NCBI GenBank assembly: GCA_023213395.1
Contig: CM041465.1
Location: 173,111,741-173,175,740, forward strand
Direction: 5' to 3'
Length of the DNA stretch: 64,000 bases
From: Cycas panzhihuaensis
Taxonomy: Eukaryota > Plantae > Cycadophyta
A program made the translations under genes and the position numbers. Below are positions 26,713 to 40,700 of this stretch, in pieces. The notes beneath the pieces are model-generated. The model was given only the letters and a program-made list of their open reading frames with translations, was not told the DNA's origin and ran no database searches. The first letter of the stretch is position 1. The number at the start of each line of letters is the position of its first letter.

Positions 26713-29700
26713 TGAAAGATGAAAGGAGAAGATACAAGCACCAGAATCTATTGAGGAACTAGATAGGACATCGAAATATGAAGAACTAAACACTTTAGAT
26801 TAATGAAAAGATGTAGTACAACACAAAAGGATAATAGGGAGGAGTATTGAACTTCAACTCAACCAATCATGAACACAAGTATGAAGGAGAATTCATCTCA
26901 ACACTTCACCTACAAGAGACACTTACAGCAACATAAATCTAACTCCAATACTACATGCCAAAACATGAAAATAGGGCTCCTTATAAAGGAGTTTGGACGA
27001 TCAGGATCTTAACACATATCACTGATCAACACTAAAAGACAAATCTGATTAGGACTCTTCTATCCTCAAGGATAAGGATAGAGCCCTCCAAGTTGACTTC
27101 TCACAAGCACATGTGAGAAAAGCCACTACAAGACAAAAGACAATTTTATAATCAAACAAATGAACACTTTAGGATAAAAGCCTAAAGTGACAAAAATACT
27201 AATACCCTTGGCCAAGACTTAATGCTTAGGAAATGAAGGTTCTAACCACCCCCTTGAATGGATACAGCATTAAGTCGAATGCCGAGGCCGTTTCTGAAAT
27301 GCTTGAACTTCTCTTTCCCAAGTGGCTTGGTGAAGATGTCGGCTAGCTGTTGATTGGTCGACTTGTAGATGAGGTCAATTTCACCTTGCTGCACATGCTC
27401 TCTGATAAAATGGTGATGGACCTCAATATGCTTGGTACGTGCATGAAACACTGGATTCTTGGCAATCTTGATAACACTATGATTGTTACAATACAATGGT
27501 GTTGGGAGTGTTTGCTCAAGTCCAAGCTCTTCAAGAATCCGTCTGAGCCAAATAGCCTCACACTCTGCACTGACAGCAGCTTTGTATTCTGCTTTAGTGG
27601 AGGAAAGCGTAACATTTGGTTGCTTTTTGCAACTCCATGAAACAATAACAGACCCAAGGTTGAAACAATAACCAGAGGTGGATTTTTTACTATTTTGACA
27701 TCCAACCCAATTTGAATTTGAGAACCCTTCCAGTGTGAAGTTCTCATTATGTGTGTACTGAAGACCATATTGCAAAGTACCTTTGAGGTATCTGAGGATG
27801 CGTTTTGCAGCATTTCAGTGTTGTTGATTGGGCTGATCATGTGTTTGGAACATATTCCAACCGCATATGAAATGTTAAGTCTATTGTTAGTCAAGTAGAT
27901 GAGACTACCCACTAGTTGCCTGAAAAGGGTGGAATCAATAGGTTTCCCCTCTTTATTCATCGACAATTTAGTACCTATCTCCATGGGTGTTGGTGAAGGT
28001 TTGCAGTCTTCCATTCCGAATCACTGCAAAATATTCCACATATATTTTACTTGAGAAATGAAAATGTGACTTGACTGCTGCCACACTTCCATGCCAAGGA
28101 AATAGTAAAGAAGTCTGAGATCTGTCATCTCAAAACTTCTTTTCAAATCCCTTTGGAGACGCTCAATCAGATCTACATCATTGCCTATGATAATCAAATC
28201 ATCAACATAAAGAACAACAAGTGTGATGTGCTGGTTTTGAACCTTAATATACAAGTTCGAATCAGATGTGGATCAATGAAAGTTGTGCTGCAGAAAGTAG
28301 TTATCGATCCTTGAATACCATGCACGTGGTGCCTATTTTAGACCATACAAGGCCTTTTTAAGGCGATAGACAAGATGTTCATTGCCGACAGAAATATATC
28401 CAGGAGGTTGTTCCAGGTAGACCTCCTCAGTCAAATCGTTATTGAAAAGGGGCTTTTGACATCCATTTGATACAATGGCCACTTGCATTGTGCAGCTAAG
28501 GCCATAACGATTCTGATGGTATTCATATTGGCCACTGGTGCAAATGTCTCAGTGTAGTCGATGCCTTCTTACTGTTTGAAACCTTTGGCAACGAGGCGAG
28601 CCTTATGTCGCTCAATAGTACCATCAGACTTATACTTGATTTTGTAGATCCACTTACAATTAATGGCTTGTTTGCCAGGTGGTAACTCAACCAAGTCCTA
28701 TGTGTCATTTTGATAAATGGAGTGGATCTCGTCATCCATGGCAGCCTGCCACTTTTTGTCTATACATGCCTCCTCAAAAGTGGAAGGCTCAAGAGCTGTA
28801 AGCACTTCAGCCATAAGTGCGTAATTAACAGTGGGTGATGGCCGCATTTTGGATGGACGTTTACCTTCAACAATTTATGAATCTGTAATAGTTTGTATGT
28901 ACCATTTGGGTAGCTTCTTTGTCGATGTGGCTTCATGGTCCTGTGATGGAGGTGATTGTTGAACCTCAGAAGAAGAAGAAGGACACAATGAAGGAACTAA
29001 GGAAGATGAGGAAGAAGAAGAAGCAGCAAGTGTAGATGAAGTACAAGGAGTTGAGGAAATTGAAGGGCCAAATTCTTCAAGAATGGCTTTGCCTTTATCA
29101 AGGGAGAGAAGAAGAGTGTTGATGTCGACCTCACGATTATCTTCTGCAAAGACAACGTCTTGTGAAGTAAGCATCTTTTTAGTAATGGGATCAAACAATC
29201 GATATGCTTTACTGCCAAGTGCATATCCAACAAAGATGCATTTGAGACTTTTGTCGTCAAATTTCCGTCTTTGCTCATGAGGAATGTTCATGTAGGCCGT
29301 GCCTGACTGTAGGTTTCTAGCCAGTCCAGGCCTCCTCGGGTGTCATGCCCGATAGTGCAGAAGTCGAGCTGCGGTTTGACAGATACATGGCAATAAGAAG
29401 TGCTTCTGCCCAATATGCTAATGAGAGACCTTTGGCATGCATCATAGCTTTTGCTCTACTAACCAAGGTTATGTTCATCCTTTCTGCCACACCATTTTGC
29501 TGCGGTGTGTAAGGAGTAGAAAATTGGCGTTTGATGCTATTTTGAATACAGAATTGATTAAAATCTCTGGACGTATACTCACCACCATTATCTGTTTTGA
29601 GTATTTTGATGTGCATGCTTGATTCATTTTCGACCGCAAGTTTAAATTCCTTAAACTTGTTCAAAGCTTCTGACTTATGCTTAAGAAAGTAGACCCACAC

Positions 29701-32700
29701 TTTATGTGAGAAATCATCAATCAATGTCATGAAGAATGATGATCCGCCATGAGACTGAGTGGTCATAGGACCACAAATATTAGAATGTACAAGTTGTAAT
29801 GGATGCTATGCTCTCCAGGGCTTACCTTTCTCAAAAGGTTTGCGATGTTGCTTCCCCATAAGGCACGATTCACAAAGGCAGTTACCCCCAGAGATTTTGG
29901 GTAAGCCATAAACCAAGTTTTGTTTGAACATCTACCTGATGCTGTCAAGATTAAGATGTCCAAGTCGTTCATGCTAGAGTTGAATATTATTTACAGAATA
30001 GGAGGCATATACATGAGATGATCCCGATGTCGTATCTAATTTGTAGAGGCCACGATCTTCATGACCAACTGCAACTATCTGGTCGTCTCTGTTCTTGATG
30101 ACACACCTTCTGTCTTTGAACAACACACTCATCTACTGCTTATTGAGCTGACTAACAAAAAGCAAATTTTTTAGCATTCCAGGAACTAACAAAACATTCC
30201 CACTAGAAAATGCAGAATGCTTATCATGTGGTGTGATTTGACCTACACCTGATATTTCTACAATGGAATTGTCCCCAAATGTCACTATTTCTCCTTTACA
30301 TTCTTGAAATTTTGATAATATGTCAGCACCACCTGTCATGTGGCGTGATGCACCAGAGTCAATGATCCAAGTATTATCATTATGACTACCACTATATGCA
30401 AAAAGGTCATGTCACTTAGATCATGTTGAGCTATGTGGCCTTGAAAGCCACCAGGATTTGTCCTTTTTTGGCGACCACCTTAGAATGCACCTCGAGTTGG
30501 TCCTTGTTGATGCTAATGTTGTTGACGTTGCTGCTATTGTTGGCGTTGATTCTGTTGTTGCTGTTGTAGTTGTTGCAAGTCATATTGACGTTTTCTACAA
30601 TCAGGCTGAATGTGGCCAATTTTGCCACAATAATGATAGATGACAATCTTTGATTTTACACTAAGACTGCCAAATTTTTTCAGAAAATTTTGCTTGAGCT
30701 AAAATTGCTACTTGGGTTTAAACTTCGCAGAGAAAGCACCTGATGTGCTTGCTTCATCTTGCCGTGAATAAATTTCTTCTTGTTGCAGCAATAAACGTTC
30801 TAACTCATTGAAAGTTAGAATTGACAAAGTTCCATTTCATCAAATGTCAGAAACAAAACCATTATATTCTTTCGGTAAAGCATGAATTGTCGCAGTAACC
30901 AAGTCCTCATTTGTGACTGGTTTACCAAATTGTCGATTGATTCTTGATAGCCTTAATTGAAGATAAATAGGCTGCCATTGGAGCAACACACTTCAGACTG
31001 AATAATTTTGTTGTATACATGACAATTCTTGCATCACCTTTTCGTTCATACAAAGAAACAATTATGTCCCAGGCAATTTTAGAAGTTGAAGCAGATTCAA
31101 TATTCTGATCAACATTATCATTGACTGATAGATGAATAAAGGCGAGCGCAACTTCATCCTTAACTTTGAAAGAAGCTAATGCAACAGGATCTACTGGAAT
31201 CAAATTCTGAGGATTAGCAGGATCAGGAGTTGGCTCGGGTTTGGCGATTTCGCCTGATACATAATCCCACAACTCATTCATAATCAACAAATTTTTTGCT
31301 TGCTTCTTCTAAGTAAGATAGTTTTCAGCACCTGTTAATTTAATGGTGTTTGCATTTAACATCTGAGTTGCCATCTTGATTACAGCACCAGATGAAACTT
31401 GAAAACCTTTGAGTTGACACCGCTTAAGTTCCACTCAATATCCAATAATGATCAATACGAGATTGAAAAATTGTGGACGGAATGGAGGGCTTCGCTCGCA
31501 AGTTGTCCAACCTGATAGCAGGATCAGTGTTGGCCAAGTTATCAGCACTTCAGGCAGAGTATAAACTCTTTTCGAGCCTCCCCACTTAAATGTTTTAATG
31601 ATTAAAAGTGGGTTGATTTAATGCTAAAAATGTGAGCTTGTAGGCCTTGTCTGTTGCTGTAATCTTCATCAAAAGGACTTCAAAATACAATGTTGTTGAT
31701 TTGAATGTCAAATAATGCAACTAAATTCAAACAGTAATCTCACAGAGAGATAAACAGCAACTAAACACCACAAATTTAATGCCTTCAATAAGCCAGTAAT
31801 GAAGCAAGTCCACCATGAACACCTGGGATTGAAAAATGATCCCCACGCACCAAAACATTTGAAGCTTTTATTGATCTTTGTCCCCTTTTTGTAGTTGGTG
31901 TTGAGTCTCACTTAAAAATGGGTCACCACGTAGGGAGCTTAGTGAGAAAAAAAAATCCTTTAAGTGGTACAATTTAAGGCTTAAAATAAGTCAAAAAAAT
32001 AATGGTGTTTAAATCACCATAATACACTTGGAAGACTGTTACAAAATAGTGTGATTAACACACTTTAAAAACCTTTGAAGAAGATGGACTTAAATCACTT
32101 TTGAACCCAAAATTAATGACCTAAGTCACCTCGCAGGGAGCTTAGTGTCATTAAAACAAGTAATTCCTCTAAAAAAGATGATAAAATCACTTTATAATAC
32201 TGATTTTAGACTCAAAATAATACTTGCAAATTTTTTTATGTATGTTAGAGTGATTATCGCACTAAATAAAATGTAAAAAGGCTTTTACAATGTTGAAATA
32301 AAGTTAAAAATTGAGATTAAAGATTAAACTTTAGAAAACTAAAGTTTTTAAAAAGAAATTAAAAAATAAATATGCCGAAGCATATTCCAATTTGTATAAC
32401 ATATAGTTTTAAACTATATGATATAAATTGAGTCAAGTGAATGTGGTGGCGGCAATGGATTTCTTACCAGGGGTGCTCGTCGATTTTTCTTACCGGGTGC
32501 GAAGAGATTGTGGGTGCCACAGGAGACGGACTATGGGTCAAAGACGAAAGGCGAGCCGCCAGATGCCACGAGGAGCTGATGATACACAGACAAGAGCCGC
32601 CAGAGTGGAACACATGGTGCACACTCGAGCCAGAACAGAGAGACAAGACCGCATTGAGATGATTACGCACCTGAAGACGTTACAGGAGTCAGAGTGCAAG

Positions 32701-34555
32701 GCACACAATACACGCAGGTCGTGGGAGCACGGACAGAGCCAGATGCACTACGTAGGAGCCGCCAAGACGAAGATTGAGAAGAGTACGCCAACACGGACGA
32801 GAGTAGCCTCAGGTCACACGGGAGGACATTACGGCAGAATGGAGCAGAAGCAATTCGTAACCAAAGGGAGTCACGTGACTCGATTGTGCAGAGTCCACAG
32901 AGCAGCTGCACACGGGAGCAGTCTATATGGACGGAGGAGAGACGGGAGGACTCAAAGCCACAGAGTAGCTGCACGGATGCCACGAGGACGGGAACCACCA
33001 AAAGGTGCCACACAGAGCCGTACTCACAGGGATCAGACAGAGGATCATTGCCGCACGGTCTTTGGAGACTATAGTCAGTTTCTAGCAGGTTACATGAAGG
33101 TGATATTGCAGCCAAGCAATTATCTCATGAACCAGATGCTTCTAGAGTGTTTAGAAACCCTCAAGATAATACAAGACAGTAGTGAACAAATGGATGGAAA
33201 CTGTATTACATAAGGATTTGTCTTGTTTAACACCTTTTGAATTATTAAAAATGGCAGATTTTCAGACACTCTATGTATCAATAGCTGTCACAGTACATAT
33301 ATCTGCAGCAAAGGACACTAACTGGCATACCAAACTGCAACAATAACCTTATTGCAATCCTTCATGTAGAGGCATACATTCCTTCTATCTAGATCTAAGA
33401 AACATTGTTTGAGAGATTAGGTGCAACAACTCCTTACAGAAAACTGTCATAAAGAGGTTCCAAGACAAATTTAATACACATTCTCTTTAATGAGAACACA
33501 TTGAGGTAAAAACCCTTGTCAAACTTTTCCTTAATCCTTAACAAATTTAGTTGCTTAATCAAAAAATGAGACACTACAAAATAGAAATTTTTCCTTTTCA
33601 AGAGGGCTACAAAACAGTCACCTATATAGGCCCTTTTAACATAAAGTATCTCTTCAATAAAAGCAGCTTATGCACTAATCTCAACCATAGATGCAAAGAT
33701 TGCAACACAATTTTGACCTTATGTAAGAACACAAGAAGATTAGCTCCCAATCACCTGCAACTTTCAGTATCACCATCCCTTTTTCTAGCCATCAAAATTA
33801 GTCCTCCAAAATGCAAATATGCAAGACTTTGCATAAAAGATCCTTGAAAAAAATTTGTGAGTCAAAAAGTGTAAACAAAGTCCTTCAAACAATAAACCTG
33901 ACAAATAATTACTCCGTGCTTCAGTTGGATCGCCTTCATATGGCAAAGGTCGTCACCAGACTTGGAGGGAATCGAAGCCAAGAATCCACTCCTCAAGATG
34001 CCAGAGCTCTCATACCATATTGAAAGATGAAAGGAGAAGATACAAGCACTAGAATCTATTGAGGAACTAGATACGACATCGAAATATGAAGAACTAAACA
34101 CTTTAGATTAATGAAAAGATGTAGTACAACACAAAAGGATAATAGGGAGGAGCATTGAACTTCAACTCAACCTATCATGAACACAAGTATGAAGGAGAAT
34201 TCATCTCAACACTTCACCTACAAGAGACACTTACAGCAGCATAAATCTAACTCCAATACTACATGCCAAAACATGAAAATAGGGCTCTTTATAAAACAGT
34301 TTGGACGATCGGAATCTTACCACATGTCACTGATCAACACTAAAGACAAATCTAATTAGGACTTTTCTATCCTCAAGGATAAGGATAGAGCCCTCCAAAG
34401 TTGACTTCTCACAAGCACATGTGAGAAAGCCCACTACAAGACAAAAGACAATTTTATAATCAAACAAATGAACACTTTAGGATAAAGGCCTAAAGTGACA
34501 AAAATACTAATACCCTTGGTCAAGACTTAATGCTTAGGAAATGAAGGTTCTAACA
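26713..34555 (-). mobile_element. Element E: full-length Ty1/Copia (7.8 kb) inserted into the 5' leader of C
   Basis: LTRs 26713-~27247 and 34021-34555 (about 96-97%); TSD GTCTT at 26708-26712 and 34556-34560; PBS 34006-34017; PPT next to 27248. Confidence 0.96.
27242..31374 (-). pseudogene. Element E gag-pol, disrupted
   Basis: Gag starts MATQMLNANTIKLTG; poly-Q after the zinc knuckle; protease WIIDSGASRHMTG; integrase 29317-29766; RT LYVDDL; RNase H 27242-27775. Confidence 0.94.
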
Positions 34556-34840
34556 GTCTTCTCTCTTAAACGAGCAGTCTGACCTACTCTGATACCATGT
34601 TAAAAATTACTCAGATAGCAGATGAAAATACTTGATTGAATATTGGAGAGAGAGCTCTAAAAATAAATACATTTAGGGTTTGTAACCCCCTTTGAACTAA
34701 TTGTAACCAAAACATGCCAGAATGACACTTGTCTGATATGTGTCCACCTATATGACTTAAGTTACATTAATGAGGTGTCCATAGGAACTCCCCTTGAGAC
34801 CCTTTATTTCATAGATAAAACATTATATCCTAACAAAATA

Positions 34841-36076
34841 GTCACCAACTTTTTCTTGCGAAGCTGAAAAACAGATAGAAGATTCCTTTTTGGTCCAGGC
34901 ACAAACAGTACATTACCAATTTTTTGAATGGTGCCTTTTAGCTCAACATCTATAGTGCCGACCCCTTTGATGTCAAGAGGATATTTATCTCCTAACTCAA
35001 CTAATTTGTTAGAAGAATAAGGTTCAAACAAATCTTCGCATCCAGTCATATGGCTAGAAGCATCAAAGTCAATGTACCACACTTCTTTGTCTTCAAGACT
35101 TGTAGTGAGTGCAACTACAAATGTTGTTTCCTCTTCATCTTCATCAGGGCTGGTTTTGTTCCTTGTTGTAGTTGCTTGCTAGTCATTTCCCTCTTTGGAT
35201 CTCTACTCTTCTTTGTGAACACTGGTAAGGGTAATGTCCAGATTGCCCACAATAATAGCAGACACCAAAGACTCTGCAATTACTAGAGAAATGCCCTAGA
35301 TTTCTACAATTGAAGTAGACCCTATCATCACTGGGAGGGATTGAACATCCTCGACCTCTGCTCTCCTGCCCTCTTTCTCGGGATTGGCCTCTTGTGTCTG
35401 GTGTTCGACCACATCCACGTGTCTGTCCTCTTCCTCTTGGTCCCAAATTGAGTTTGGTAAGAAATGCATCTTCTAACTTTGTTCCATCTTCATACCATTT
35501 GTTTCTATCTTCTTGCCTCAAAAGTAACCTTATCAAAGTGACAAGAGACATTGTTGTAATCTGATCATTATTTGTAATTGTATTAACCATGTTGTTAAAA
35601 GATTTTGGAAGTTTGATTGCAATCATTTCAACAATTTCCTGATCTGGCATGTTTGCTTCAGCACTCAATAGATCATTCTTAATTGAGGTGACCTTGTGAA
35701 TAAATTCTAACACAATTTCAATTTCTTTCATGTGCAACTTGAATAACTCTTCCTTAATAGCTACAATTCTAGCTCGATTCTTTTGACTATACAAATTTTC
35801 AAACACCTACCAAATTTCAAGAGAGCAATTTAATTTCTCAATATAAATAAGAAGGGGATCAGAAACAGATAATTTTAATATTATCAGCCCTGCATTATCC
35901 CTTCCTTCCCAACTGATTTGGGTAGCACCAGCTATAGTTGGTTTTTTTTCTACCTTAGTTGCTATATTCCATGCATTCTTGGCTCTTAATAAGGTCTCAA
36001 TCTTAATTTTCCACACATGGTAATTGGTCTTTGTGAATTAATCCTGTTCATTAAGTTCCAAAATGGAAGAGGCCAT
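34841..36076 (-). pseudogene. Element B gag-protease, disrupted
   Basis: Starts MASSIL; contains WKIKIETLL, two CCHC-type knuckles and the protease motif WYIDFDASSHMTG. Confidence 0.92.
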
Positions 36077-36947
36077 TTTTCTAAAGATATCAGGCAATAA
36101 TAGGGTCTGACCCTACAGCTGTACAGAATTCCATACAAAATCGCAGGTGTATGGATGGTAACAAAGACTACCTCAAAATGAAGGTTTTTTAACAATGATT
36201 CTGAGTATTTAAATATCTCAGAGAGATTCTTATTAGTTTAAATGCAAATAGCCTCGAAAAACTAGAATGGGCAGCTTGGTTTTTTTCAAAAAATGCTCAA
36301 AACTTGAAATTTTTTCTCTCAATCTTCTCGAAATTGGAATCAATAGATTTGCATTGAAGACAAGAACTAATTGCAATAGATATTACCTAGTTACTTAGAA
36401 AGATTTTATCAAAATCAACGATCCCTCTTCAAACCCGTAGCTGAGAAATAAGCCAAACGACCCCGAAAATGATCTCGAATCTTGTCGACATAGAAGAAAA
36501 GAACGATGCCCTTGATGAGATCTACTTGCTAGTAAAATTTGATGAAATTCTGAGCACTTAAAATTTTACGTCTGTACGACCGTACAGATCCGTACTTATC
36601 CATATGCAAGTAATTAATTTTTCATCTTCTTCAATTGCTTGATAATACTTGACAATTAATGTCCTCTCCTTTAATTCTACAGAGATTTCTGTCTTTCTAT
36701 AAAAACTTTCTCCTCAGACAGGTGAATTAACCTGCTCTAATACCGTGTTAAGATTCACTCCACAATGGGTGAATAACTGAATTGATTCATATGGGACAGT
36801 TCATCTCTCATAAATATACATCAAGGAATTATAACCATTATGCATTTGGTTGACACTTGTCGAATATTTTTCATGTTTACATAAAGAGGGTTTTAATACA
36901 TTACCCTCATGTGTCTTAATAATAAAACATTACATCTTAACAAGTCA

Positions 36948-37793
36948 AACCTGCAAACAGTATATGGTCAAACAACATGCAATCGAGTCAAGGAGCACTA
37001 CAATCAAAGAGCATAAAATCTAGTTCAAAAAACAACAAAGAGCGCCATCAAACTTACAACACATGGTCAAAAATATATTCAGTCTGGTCAAACAAGAGCA
37101 GTTAGATCAAATTACAGTGATACAGGAAAAAAAGAATAGATCTAGTCAAAGCAAGAAATTGAAAGAAGAATGAGCAATCATTGAGTGATTAATCCATTGA
37201 TGAGAATGATCATAAATACATAAGAAGACCCTCTGCATGAGTGACAAGTGTCTTACATGCATAAAGAGGGGAAATGATACATAACCCTTAACTAGCTAAG
37301 TTATAAAGATAAGTTATAGTCCTAGGAACATAAGATGTAAACATAGGGGTAAACATTATCTCTAACACCCCTCCATAATGTTTATTTCCTTAATCCTATC
37401 CCAATCTATTGCTTGAGGTGCTGGAATTTGTTTTCCTAGTGGCTTAATAAAGATACCTGCTAACTCTTCCTCACTTGGGTAGTACAAAAGTTTTATCTCC
37501 TTTTGTTGAACCTTTTCATGAATGAAATGATGATGAACTTCAATGTGGCTTGTCCTGCCAAGAAAAAACTAGATTTTTTGTCATCTTGATTGTGTTGTGG
37601 TTGTCATAGTATATTGGAATTGGAGAAGATTATGCCTGGTTCAGTTCTTCTAACATCCTTGTAAGCTAGATGGCTTCGCAAGAGGTGCTCACAACAACCT
37701 TGCATTCAACTTCTATTGAGGGTAAGGCAATGGTTGGTTGTTTCTTGTTGCACTAGGAGATGATCCTTGTGCCAACTAAAACAATATCCAATA
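36948..37793 (-). mobile_element. Element F: old Copia 3' LTR remainder plus RNase H remnant; host of B and G
   Basis: LTR-like end TCTAACA at 37367, then a PPT, then degenerate RNase H (HIEVHHHFIHEKVQ). The LTR is interrupted by B and its left part upstream of 7136 is unresolved. Confidence 0.7.
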
Positions 37794-37798
37794 GTGGA

Positions 37799-40700
37799 TG
37801 TTAGAAATAATGTGTATTCCCATTTTATGTTCATGTAAGTTCATTTGTAATTTCATTAGAATAGTTCCTCACATAGGACACTCTTAGACAGAATATTCTT
37901 TGTTAAAATATTCTTAGTCAATGTCATTAATAAAGCAATTAGCAGAAGTCAAAGATACTTGAGATATTAAATAAGGTAGTTTAGAGCCTGCCATATTTTG
38001 AGGTAGAAGTCAATTTACCATTATGAGGTGGTTATAACTGCCTTTGTATGTTTAGAACATTGTAATCTACAAATATGTCATGTATTCAGTTATTTGACTC
38101 AATGAGAAACTTGGAGAGTTGTGATTCATTAGCACATAGTCATTTTTTGGCTATTGTGCATGTGATGTGTGCTATGTGTCCATCTCTTATCCTCTTTTTC
38201 TAACATAGTATCAAAGCTAGGTTGCTCTTATGACACGTGTCTCTGAATTCTGCCATGTCTAAGTGACTGGTGTTGTCCTAAAGAGCCTACTCTCTCCTCT
38301 AAAAATTGTAACTGGACAACGTGCTGCTCATAACCACCTGTGTTAAGCTATGAATAATATATTTGTTAGGAGGTAGCATCTGTCTACTCTTGCATAGGGT
38401 AAGGTAACAAGACCCTACAATCCTTCACCTGTCCATGTAGGGATCTTCATTCACTAACTACAGAGTCGCACACCCTTTTGTCTAAGTGATGTCGGTTTGT
38501 CAGCCACCATTCATTTTCTCCTCCTCCACCAACTGCTAGATGGGCCAAAGCCATCAACCATCAAACGCGCCAGAGCCGCCAATCACTAGCCACTACATCT
38601 ACCCCTATTAGAGCCTCCTACCATTGTTCAGAGTCATTAGAAAAGCCAGAGTTGCCAACCATTAGACAGGCCAGAGCTGCCAAACAAGCCAGACACTACA
38701 TCTACCTTTGTTGGAGCCACGTCATTGTTCAGAGCCACCAGTGGGCCAGAGCAGTCAACTGTAGAAGGGCACCGCCAGCAATCGATAGGGTCACCATCGC
38801 CGGAATCACAATCTTAGGTCATTGCCAGCTACCAAAAAAATTTTGAAGAAAATAAGATTATTGCATGTTCTTTGAAAGATTTCAATATGCTATATAACCT
38901 TATGTTATTTATATAGGCATATTCCAAAATATTCTTATTTTGATATAAGGTCTCCTTTATATAGTTGTCTTTCAATTATATTTTGTCTTGAGGAACCTTG
39001 TTTCACCTCTTCTAAGGATAATTCTTTTATCAATTGAGTATGAAATTTAAAAGAGGATTTTATCTGTCATTATTCTTAGTATTTAATTTTCTTTGAGTAT
39101 ATTTTGTTCACTCAATTTGTATATTGAAGAGTATTTTATTAACTACCTTACAGTCACTAAGTAATATTTCACACTCATACTAGTGGTAGTGAAAATATTT
39201 ACTCTATAATTTCCTTAGTTGCAAAATTCCAAAATGTCTTATGTGAATAGTTTAAACTATATTTTGCCTGAGTTATAGAAATTAGATGGAAAAAATTATG
39301 TAACATGGAAATTTAAAATTTCCAACATTCTAGCCTTACACAGGCTCATGGAAGTTGTAGATGGAAAAGACAAAAAGCCTAAAGAAGACCCAGATGATGA
39401 AATTGAAGAAGCGACATGGTATGATAGGAACCAAAGGGCTGGCTATTAGAAATTTGTCAGTGGTTGATGAGTTAATCACTCATCTTCAAAGAAAAATATT
39501 ATCATTAGATGCATGGAAGACTCTAAGGGATCTATTTTAGACCAAAAACGAAACCAGTGTTTTATATCTTCGAAATTTGCTTTACTCACGTAAAATGTCC
39601 AATAATGATTCCATCTCTTCTCATTTACAAAAATTGAAGGAGATAAAAGAAGCTTGTTACAGAAAGGCAAGTTGTACAAGACAAAGAACTTATAAGCATA
39701 ACTTTAAATAGCTTGCATGAAGGCTGTCACATCTTTGTGACAAGCCTATGTCTTACAAGCCAACTTGAACCTCTAATCTTTGAGGAATTAGGTGGATTAT
39801 TTGTTGAAAATAATGTACATTCCCCTTACATGTTCATTTAAGTTCATTTCATCTCCTGTAATTAGAATATTTCTTTACATGGAATATTCTAAGTGAGAGA
39901 ATATTCTTAGTCAAAGTCATTAATATGTTGGTTAGTAGGAATCAAAAATGGTTGCAACATTAAATATGGTAGTTGATAGCCTACCATAATTTGAGGGAGT
40001 AGTTCATTAGCCATTATGTTATGGTTAGGACTAACTCCTATCTTTAGTACATTTGTAATCTATATATTATATACTATATTATGTTTAATATGAGATTGTT
40101 AGAGAGTTGAGTCATTTGTCGTATTGTCATCTCTTGCAGCTTTTTACATGTACTTTATGACATGTCTCCTCCTCTTATCCACATTCTTCCAACATTATTG
40201 TTGCATGAAGAACAACGTATGAGCTTCTATGATCATGGAGGTAGCAGTGCTATAGTACTTGCATCAATGTTCAAGAAGAAACCTCCAAATAATGGTCCAA
40301 AACAACAATCACAAGGAAGCAATAGTAATGTGCAAAAGCCAAAATGTGATGTTTGTAAGTATTGCAACATGAAGGGACATTTAGAGAAGCAATACTAGAA
40401 AAAGAAAGCTAATAAGAAGAAAAACACTCTAGTTTTGTCCATAAATAAAGATGACAAAGTGTTTGTGTTTAATGCCACAAGCCAAGAGACGTGAGTGGTA
40501 TGTTGATTCAAGAGCATTTAAACATATCATTTATCACAAAGATTGCTTTAAAGATTTGAAAGATTGTCAAATTCCTCCTATTGTACTTGGTGATAATAGT
40601 CAACATCAAGTTGTTAGTTGTGGCACCATTAACATTCATCAACCAGAGTATGAAACTTTCAAGTTTTCAAATTTCTTACTCTTACCCTCCTTTAAGCACA

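Larger units (their letters stand above)
10177..34835 (-). mobile_element. Element C: Ty1/Copia related to B, inserted into B
   Basis: LTRs 10177-10412 and 34598-34835 (about 90%); TSD AAATA at 10172-10176 and 34836-34840; PBS 34586-34597; PPT from 10413. Its own sequence is 10177-10462, 17288-19695, 24402-26712 and 34561-34835. Confidence 0.95.
7141..36942 (-). mobile_element. Element B: Ty1/Copia retrotransposon expanded to 29.8 kb by nested insertions
   Basis: LTRs 7141-7324 and 36746-36942 (about 90%); TSD AGTCA at 7136-7140 and 36943-36947; PBS 36734-36745; PPT from 7325. Its own sequence is 7141-10176 plus 34841-36942. Confidence 0.95.
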
